From Actinomycetota bacterium (lineage in GTDB: Bacteria; Actinomycetota; UBA4738; HRBIN12), in the NCBI GenBank assembly GCA_045805225.1, contig JBJMLQ010000163.1, positions 1-33,244 on the forward strand: a stretch of 33,244 nucleotides of DNA, written 5' to 3'. The stretch's first letter is position 1; each line of letters starts with the position of its first letter. Positions 23,683-33,244 of the stretch are shown here, piece after piece. Position numbers and translations under genes: made by a program. A model generated the notes under the pieces. It saw only the letters and a program-made list of their open reading frames with translations, had not been told where the DNA came from and ran no database searches.

Positions 23683-24903
23683 CTAGGCGCCGTCGTTCCA
23701 CAGAGCCGCAACGCGGTCCCAGAGCGCGGCCGCGAGCTCCGTCTTGGTCCAGGTACGAAGCGGGTCGTCCCGGCCGACGGCACTCAGGATCGCAGCGTCG
23801 TTCGTATCGGCGCCGAACCCGGTCGCGGGGCGGCCCACCGCGTTGGCGATGAGCAGGTCGACCCCCTTGTCCAGGAGCTTCGCCCGCCCGGCGACCTCGA
23901 CGTCGTCGGTCTCGGCCGCGAAGCCGACGACCACCTGGCCGGGCCGGCGCGCGGCGGCGACCTCGCGCACGATGTCGGGGGTCGGTTCGAGCAGGAGTTC
24001 CGGGATGCCCTGCTCCTTCTTGAGCTTGCGGTCCGCGGCCATCTTCGGGCGGAAATCGGCGACGGCGGCGGCCATCACGACCGCGTCGGCGTCGGCGTCG
24101 GCGTGTGCGAGGACGGCGCTGCGCATCTCCTCGGCCGTCTCGACGCGCACCACATCTGCGCCAGCGGGCGGCGACACGGTTCCGGGCCCAAGGATGAGCA
24201 CGACCGACGCGCCCCGAGCGAGCGCCTCGTCGGCGATCGCGACGCCCATCTTGCCGGAGGAGCGATTGCCGACGAACCGGACGGGGTCGATCGGTTCGTG
24301 CGTCGGCCCGGCGGTGATGACGACGCGTCGTCCCGTGAACGGCGAGGTGACGGTCGAGAGGTTCCCAGCCGCCGCACGGACCGCCGCCACGATGTCCTCG
24401 GGTTCGGCCAGACGCCCGGCGCCCTCGTCACCGTGGGCGAGCGCCCCTTCCACCGGGCCGACGAACCGGACGCCGCGCGCTGCGAGCGTCGCGACGTTCG
24501 CCTCGGTGGCTGGACTCGACCACATGCCGGTGTGCATCGCGGGCGCGACCACCACCGGGCCGTGGAACTCGAGCGCGGTGGCGCTCAACAGGTCGTCGGC
24601 GAGCCCGTGCGCGAGCTTGGCGAGCACGTTCGCGGTGGCCGGCGCGATCACCAACACCTCGGCCGCGTGCGCGAGCTCGACGTGCAGCACCGTGCCCCCG
24701 GCCTCCCAGAGCGACGTGTGGGCGGGATGACCGGTCAACCCCGCGAACGTTTCCGCGCCGACGAACCGCGTGGCGGACCCGGTAAGGACCGCGGTGACGT
24801 CCGCGCCGTCGGCGCGGAGCGCGCGAGCGAGGAAGGCGGACTTGTATGCGGCGATGCCGCCACAGACGCCGAGCAGCACGCGACGGCCGGCAAGGCCCGT
24901 CAC
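23683..24903 (-). CDS. coaBC: Bifunctional phosphopantothenoylcysteine decarboxylase / phosphopantothenate-cysteine ligase
   Basis: The N-terminal flavoprotein domain has [13 protein letters not shown] and the C-terminal DFP domain has [25 protein letters not shown]. The GTG start is 1 nt after the rpoZ stop. Confidence 0.94.
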   Translation of the reverse strand: MTGLAGRRVLLGVCGGIAAYKSAFLARALRADGADVTAVLTGSATRFVGAETFAGLTGHPAHTSLWEAGGTVLHVELAHAAEVLVIAPATANVLAKLAHGLADDLLSATALEFHGPVVVAPAMHTGMWSSPATEANVATLAARGVRFVGPVEGALAHGDEGAGRLAEPEDIVAAVRAAAGNLSTVTSPFTGRRVVITAGPTHEPIDPVRFVGNRSSGKMGVAIADEALARGASVVLILGPGTVSPPAGADVVRVETAEEMRSAVLAHADADADAVVMAAAVADFRPKMAADRKLKKEQGIPELLLEPTPDIVREVAAARRPGQVVVGFAAETDDVEVAGRAKLLDKGVDLLIANAVGRPATGFGADTNDAAILSAVGRDDPLRTWTKTELAAALWDRVAALWNDGA

Positions 24904-24904
24904 G

Positions 24905-25153
24905 TCAGTCGACCTCGACGATCTCCTCGGGACGCTCGTAGGAGATCTTGCCCTCGGCGATCTCCTCGAGGGCGATCGACAGCGGCTTGTTGCGAAGGCC
25001 CGTCTCGACGAGCGGCGGCACGAAGTCGCCGCGGCCTTCGCCGAGCTGGCTGTAGTACGAGTTGATCTCGCGCGCGCGCTTCGCGGACACGATCACGAGC
25101 GTGTACTTGGAGTCGACGGCTGCGAGCAGATCGTCGATCTTGGGTTCGATCAT
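24905..25153 (-). CDS. rpoZ: DNA-directed RNA polymerase subunit omega
   Basis: The sequence [17 protein letters not shown] is typical of RpoZ. The product is 82 aa and the gene sits in the conserved position between gmk and coaBC. Confidence 0.9.
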   Translation of the reverse strand: MIEPKIDDLLAAVDSKYTLVIVSAKRAREINSYYSQLGEGRGDFVPPLVETGLRNKPLSIALEEIAEGKISYERPEEIVEVD

Positions 25154-25184
25154 AGGAAGGCACTCCTGCAGGTCAGTGGGCAGA

Positions 25185-25754
25185 TCAGCGGGTGCGGGAC
25201 GCTTCGATGATAGCAGCGACCTCGTCGGCGGCCTGGACGACGTCGTCGTTCACCACCACGTGGTCGAACCATCCGGCCTGCTCGAGCTCCTCCGCGGCCG
25301 CCGCGAGCCGCTCGGCGACGCTTGCCTCGTCCTCGGTCCCCCGGCCGCGAAGCCGTGCCTCCAGCGCGGCCATCGACGGCGGCGTGAGCAGGATCAGGAC
25401 CGCGTCGGGCGCCTGTGCGCGGACCTGCGCGGCGCCCTGCACGTCGATCTCCAGGACGACGTCGCGCCCGTCGGCGAGCGCGCTGTCGACGAAGGACCGG
25501 GGGGTGCCGTAGCGCCGGCCGCGGTAGACCTCCGCCCATTCGAGGAGCTCGCCGTCGGCGATCATCCGGTCGAACTCGGCATCGTCGACGAACAGGTAGT
25601 CGATGCCGTCGGTCTCACCGGCGCGCATCGGCCGGGTCGTCGCGGAGATGGAAACGGCGAGCCCCTCGGGATCGCGGGACCGCACGCGCGCAACGACGCT
25701 TCCCTTCCCGACCCCCGAGGGGCCCGCGAGGACGATCAGCGTGCCTCGCCGCAC
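25185..25754 (-). CDS. gmk: Guanylate kinase
   Basis: It has the P-loop [11 protein letters not shown] and the sequences [18 protein letters not shown] and YGT. It uses a GTG start. Confidence 0.94.
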   Translation of the reverse strand: MRRGTLIVLAGPSGVGKGSVVARVRSRDPEGLAVSISATTRPMRAGETDGIDYLFVDDAEFDRMIADGELLEWAEVYRGRRYGTPRSFVDSALADGRDVVLEIDVQGAAQVRAQAPDAVLILLTPPSMAALEARLRGRGTEDEASVAERLAAAAEELEQAGWFDHVVVNDDVVQAADEVAAIIEASRTR

Positions 25755-25764
25755 GCGCGCCTCG

Positions 25765-26082
25765 CTACTTCTTGCCGAACTTCGTCAGGAGCTGCTCGCG
25801 CTGCTTGCTGCCCAACCCACGCACGCGCCGCGTTGCGGAGATGTCGAGCTCCTCCATGATCTTCTGCGCGCGTACCTTGCCCACGCCGGGCAACGACTCG
25901 AGCACCGTCGAGACCTTCATCTTGCCGAGGGTGTCGTCCTTATCGGCCTTCTTGAGCACATCGGCGAGCGTGCGCTTGCCGGACTTGAGCTCCCCCTTGA
26001 CCTCTGCGCGCTTCTTGCGCGCGGCTGCAGCCTTCTTCAATGCGTCGGCACGCTGCTCCGGGGTAAGCGTCGGAAGCGCCAT
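25765..26082 (-). CDS. mihF: Actinobacterial integration host factor (MihF/sIHF family)
   Basis: The start is trimmed to the ATG at 26082: MALPTLTPEQRADALKKAAAARKKRAEVK...LESLPGVGKVRAQKIMEEL, 105 aa. The Shine-Dalgarno sequence AAGGAG lies 7 nt upstream. The position between pyrF and gmk is as in mycobacteria. Confidence 0.87.
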   Translation of the reverse strand: MALPTLTPEQRADALKKAAAARKKRAEVKGELKSGKRTLADVLKKADKDDTLGKMKVSTVLESLPGVGKVRAQKIMEELDISATRRVRGLGSKQREQLLTKFGKK

Positions 26083-26127
26083 GAACGATCTCCTTCGATG
26101 TCGAGGGACGGTGCGAGAACGCCGGGG

Positions 26128-26157
26128 AGTATACGCACGGGGTTCGGGACGGGACAA
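26128..26157 (-). promoter_or_regulatory. Candidate mihF promoter (-35 TTGTCC, 18-nt spacer, -10 TATACT)
   Basis: The minus strand reads gcgtTTGTCCcgtcccgaaccccgtgcgTATACTccccgg. This predicts a leader of about 40 nt carrying the AAGGAG Shine-Dalgarno sequence. Confidence 0.4.
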
Positions 26158-26185
26158 ACGCTTCGGATACCGTGACCTGCACGTT

Positions 26186-26869
26186 TCAGCGTGCGTCGCG
26201 CCCGATCGCCCGCGCCGCGCCGACGGGATCGGGCGCCGCGGTGATGGCGCGACCGACGACGAGATAGTCGGCGCCGCGCTCGATCGCTTCGCGCGGTGTG
26301 AGCACGCGTACCTGATCGTGACCGTTCGTTCCGGCGGGGCGGATGCCCGGCACGACGAGACAGAACTCCTCGCCGCAGACGTCGCGCACGTCGCGAACGT
26401 CTTCGCCCGAGACGACGACGCCGTCGAGTCCGGCTTGCTTCGCTTCCCACGCGAGCGACGCGGGCGTCGCGAGCTCGTCGCCGCCGATCGATGACAGCAC
26501 CGTCACGGCGATCACCATCGGTGGCGTCACGCCCGCTTCGTCGGCGCCGCGCTCCGCGCCCTCGACCGCGGCGCGCATCATCGCGTCGCCGCCGAGCGCA
26601 TGCACGTTCAGCATCGAGACGCCGAGACGCGCGATGTTCGCGCTCGCGCGTTCCACGGTGTTCGGGATGTCGTGCAGCTTGCAATCGACGAAGACCGGAC
26701 CGTGCGCCGCGATCCGGCGAACGGCCTCCGGCCCGTGGGCCCAACTCAGTTCCAGCCCGACCTTGAGCAAGCCGACCTCGCCGGCGAGATCGCGGGCGAG
26801 CCCTTCCGCGACGTCGAGATCCGAGACGTCCAGCGCGAGGGCGATCGGCGTTTCGGGACGCGGGATCAT
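26186..26869 (-). CDS. pyrF: Orotidine 5'-phosphate decarboxylase
   Basis: The start is trimmed to the ATG at 26869: MIPRPETPIALALDV...FVDCKLHDIPNTV...VVGRAI, 227 aa. The ATG overlaps the pyrD TGA (ATGA). Confidence 0.92.
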   Translation of the reverse strand: MIPRPETPIALALDVSDLDVAEGLARDLAGEVGLLKVGLELSWAHGPEAVRRIAAHGPVFVDCKLHDIPNTVERASANIARLGVSMLNVHALGGDAMMRAAVEGAERGADEAGVTPPMVIAVTVLSSIGGDELATPASLAWEAKQAGLDGVVVSGEDVRDVRDVCGEEFCLVVPGIRPAGTNGHDQVRVLTPREAIERGADYLVVGRAITAAPDPVGAARAIGRDAR

Positions 26870-27828
26870 GCGCCCTGCCCCTGGTGAACGGGGGCCGGCG
26901 AGCCGATGATCGCCACGGCGCCGCGGAGATCCGCGGGCGACCCCAGCGCTCGGCGCTGCAACTCGGCGACGATCCCCTTGGCGATCGTCACCGTCGCGGC
27001 CGGATCGACGAGGGTCGCGGTCCCGACCTGGACGGCGGACGCGCCGGCGAGCATCGCCTCGACGGCGTCGGTCGCCGTCCGGATCCCGCCGCTCGCGACG
27101 AGCGGCATCCGCGGCAGCGCGCGGTGCACCTCTGCGACCGCGCGGAGCGTCATCGGCTTGAGCGCGGGACCGGACAGCCAGCCGCCGACGGCGCCGAGCG
27201 CGGGCCGCGTCGCCGCCGCGTCGATCGCGAGCGCGGGAGGCGACGCGCAGAGCGTGAGCCCGGACGCGCCTGCGCGCGCGGCCGCCACCGCGAGCGGCAC
27301 GACGTCGACCCCGCCGGGGAGCTTGGCGAACACCGGGACGAGCGACATCCGCGCGACCGCCCCGACCACCTCCGTCACGCGGTCGACGTGGACGCCGAGC
27401 ACCGGTCGTTCCAGTTCGCGGTCGGGTCCGGACAGATGCACCTCGATCGCCGAGACGCCGGCGCGCCCCTGGAGCACGCCGACGATGCGGACGTATTCCT
27501 CCAACGTTCCGCCGGCGATCGACACGAACACCGACGGCGGCGTCGCCGCGAGGGCCGGCAGCTCGGTCGCGACGAAGGCATCGACGCCGGGGTTCTGCAG
27601 CCCCGTGTCCCACACCACGCCGGCGGGCGACTCGACGATCCGGGGCGGCGGCGACCCGTCGCGCGCCTCGCCGGTGATCGTTCGCGACACGATCCCGCCG
27701 ACGCGACGCAGCTCGACGAGCCCGTTGAGCTCCGTGCCGGTTCCGGCGCAGCCCGACGCGATCAGCACCGGAGTCGCGAGGGCGATGCCCGCAAGATCCA
27801 CGCCGATCGACCGCGTCCGCGTGGTCAC
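26866..27828 (-). CDS. pyrD: Dihydroorotate dehydrogenase, class 1B catalytic subunit
   Basis: The sequences LATPVLIASGCAGTG, NPGVD and LVASGGIRTATDAVEAMLAGASAVQVGTA are typical of PyrD. The GTG start at 27828 overlaps the pyrK TGA (GTGA). Class 1B is inferred from the adjacent pyrK. Confidence 0.9.
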   Translation of the reverse strand: MTTRTRSIGVDLAGIALATPVLIASGCAGTGTELNGLVELRRVGGIVSRTITGEARDGSPPPRIVESPAGVVWDTGLQNPGVDAFVATELPALAATPPSVFVSIAGGTLEEYVRIVGVLQGRAGVSAIEVHLSGPDRELERPVLGVHVDRVTEVVGAVARMSLVPVFAKLPGGVDVVPLAVAAARAGASGLTLCASPPALAIDAAATRPALGAVGGWLSGPALKPMTLRAVAEVHRALPRMPLVASGGIRTATDAVEAMLAGASAVQVGTATLVDPAATVTIAKGIVAELQRRALGSPADLRGAVAIIGSPAPVHQGQGA

Positions 27829-28666
27829 TGCGCGTCCTCGGCGACAGCAGCAGTGCCGGCGGCACGCCATCTCTCCCACACCACGCGCGCGGGGTTGAAC
27901 ACCGGTCCGTCGACGCACGCGCGCACGTGGCCCCACGTCGCTCCGTCCTTCGACGCGATCGGCACCGCACACGTGCCGCAGAGTCCGTAGCCGCACCCCA
28001 TCCGCTCCTCGACGGCGACCTGCGCCGGAAGCTTGCGCGATCGGCACATCTCGCCCACGGCGGACAGCAGCGGCACCTTTCCCGCGGCGTAGACGACCTC
28101 GATCGGCGCCCGCTCGAGGGCCGGCACGACCGCATCGATCACCGTCCCGGTCTCTCCGAGCGTTCCGTCGTCCGTCACGACCGTGACGAGCTGCGACAGG
28201 CGCTTGGCCTCGATCGGCTTGAACACCGCGTCGAGCGTCGGCCCGCCGATCACCATGTCGACGCGCTTGCCGCGCGCGACCAGCTCCTGTGCGAGGAAGT
28301 ACAGGCCGGCAACGGAGCGCCCCTGCCCGATCAGCAGACAGTTCGTCAAGCGCTTCGGATACGAGAACGGAGTGCCGAGCGGCCCGATCACGTCGAGGAA
28401 CCCGTGTGCCCCGAGGTCCGATAGCCACGCGGTCCCCGGCCCCGCCGCGGGGTCGACGACGAACTCCAATGTTCCGGCCCAGCCGCCGCGGCGCGACGAC
28501 TGATGGATCGTGAGATGGCGGCGAAGCAGGAAGTCCCGGTCCCCCGGCATCGCGACCGCGACGAACTGCCCCGGTTTCGCGCGCTCGGCGATCTCGGGCG
28601 CGACGAGCGTCAACGATTGGTAGGCCCCGAGCCGCCGGGTGGACAAGATCTCGGCGCGCACGCGGG

Positions 28667-28670
<4 letters not shown>
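27825..28670 (-). CDS. pyrK: Dihydroorotate dehydrogenase electron-transfer subunit (FAD/2Fe-2S)
   Basis: It has an FNR-like fold (RRHLTIH), a C-terminal 2Fe-2S cysteine cluster [13 protein letters not shown]...ACVDGPVF, and a GTG start at 28670 overlapping the carB TGA (GTGA). Confidence 0.88.
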
Positions 28671-33104
<4,434 letters not shown>

Positions 33105-33108
<4 letters not shown>

Positions 33109-33244
33109 CGGGTGGGCTTCCCGTCCGCGACCGTGAACACGCCGCGCAGCATCGTGAACCGGACGCGACCGCGCAGCCGCTCGCCGAGGAACGCGCTGTT
33201 GCGCGCCTTCGAGGCGAACGGCGGCTCGACCGTCCACGCGGCCG
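33105..33244 (-). CDS. pyrC: Dihydroorotase, C-terminal fragment (the gene continues beyond the window end)
   Basis: My manual translation of the minus strand gives ...AAWTVEPPFASKARNSAFLGERLRGRVRFTMLRGVFTVADGKPTR*. This resembles dihydroorotase C-termini, and the position upstream of carA fits. The TGA overlaps the carA ATG (ATGA). Confidence 0.65.

Overview
This window is a GC-rich, almost gap-free block of core housekeeping genes from an Actinomycetota-type chromosome. The assignment rests on an mihF/sIHF homologue, a class A PBP with a PASTA domain, and gene order that, from memory, matches Mycobacterium/Streptomyces: infC-rpmI-rplT-trmH...pheST, fmt-rsmB-rpe-rib, gmk-rpoZ-coaBC-metK-priA and carAB-pyrF-mihF. 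I call 32 CDSs, 31 of them on the minus strand, plus the 5' part of a 16S rRNA gene, an FMN riboswitch, one intrinsic-terminator-like hairpin and several candidate promoters. From right to left on the minus strand the genes are: pyrC' - carA - carB - pyrK - pyrD - pyrF | mihF - gmk - rpoZ - coaBC | metK - priA - def | fmt - rsmB | rpe - REC/GGDEF | FMN riboswitch - ribD - ribE - ribBA - ribH - cupin | infC - rpmI - rplT - SpoU::HisKA fusion | pheS - pheT | argF - mpg | (class A PBP on the plus strand) | tyrS | 16S rRNA. I see no mobile elements, CRISPR arrays, tRNAs, toxin-antitoxin pairs or defence islands, and there is essentially no unassigned space where a hidden multi-gene system could sit. 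The unusual items are single-gene or regulatory oddities. (1) An intact SpoU/TrmH RNA methyltransferase is fused in-frame to a sensor-less HisKA/HATPase histidine-kinase module whose ATP-binding boxes look degenerate. (2) An orphan REC-GGDEF response regulator with a GGDDF active-site variant is wedged between rpe and the rib operon. (3) infC has a non-canonical ATC start, preceded by a promoter-hairpin-T-run leader. (4) The conserved N-terminus of priA lies upstream of any ATG/GTG/TTG, and its helicase ATPase motifs are all degenerate. (5) A TAnnnT box recurs 6-9 nt upstream of the start codon of seven operon-first genes, suggesting leaderless mRNAs. All functional calls come from reading motifs by eye in the supplied translations. 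No database search was run.
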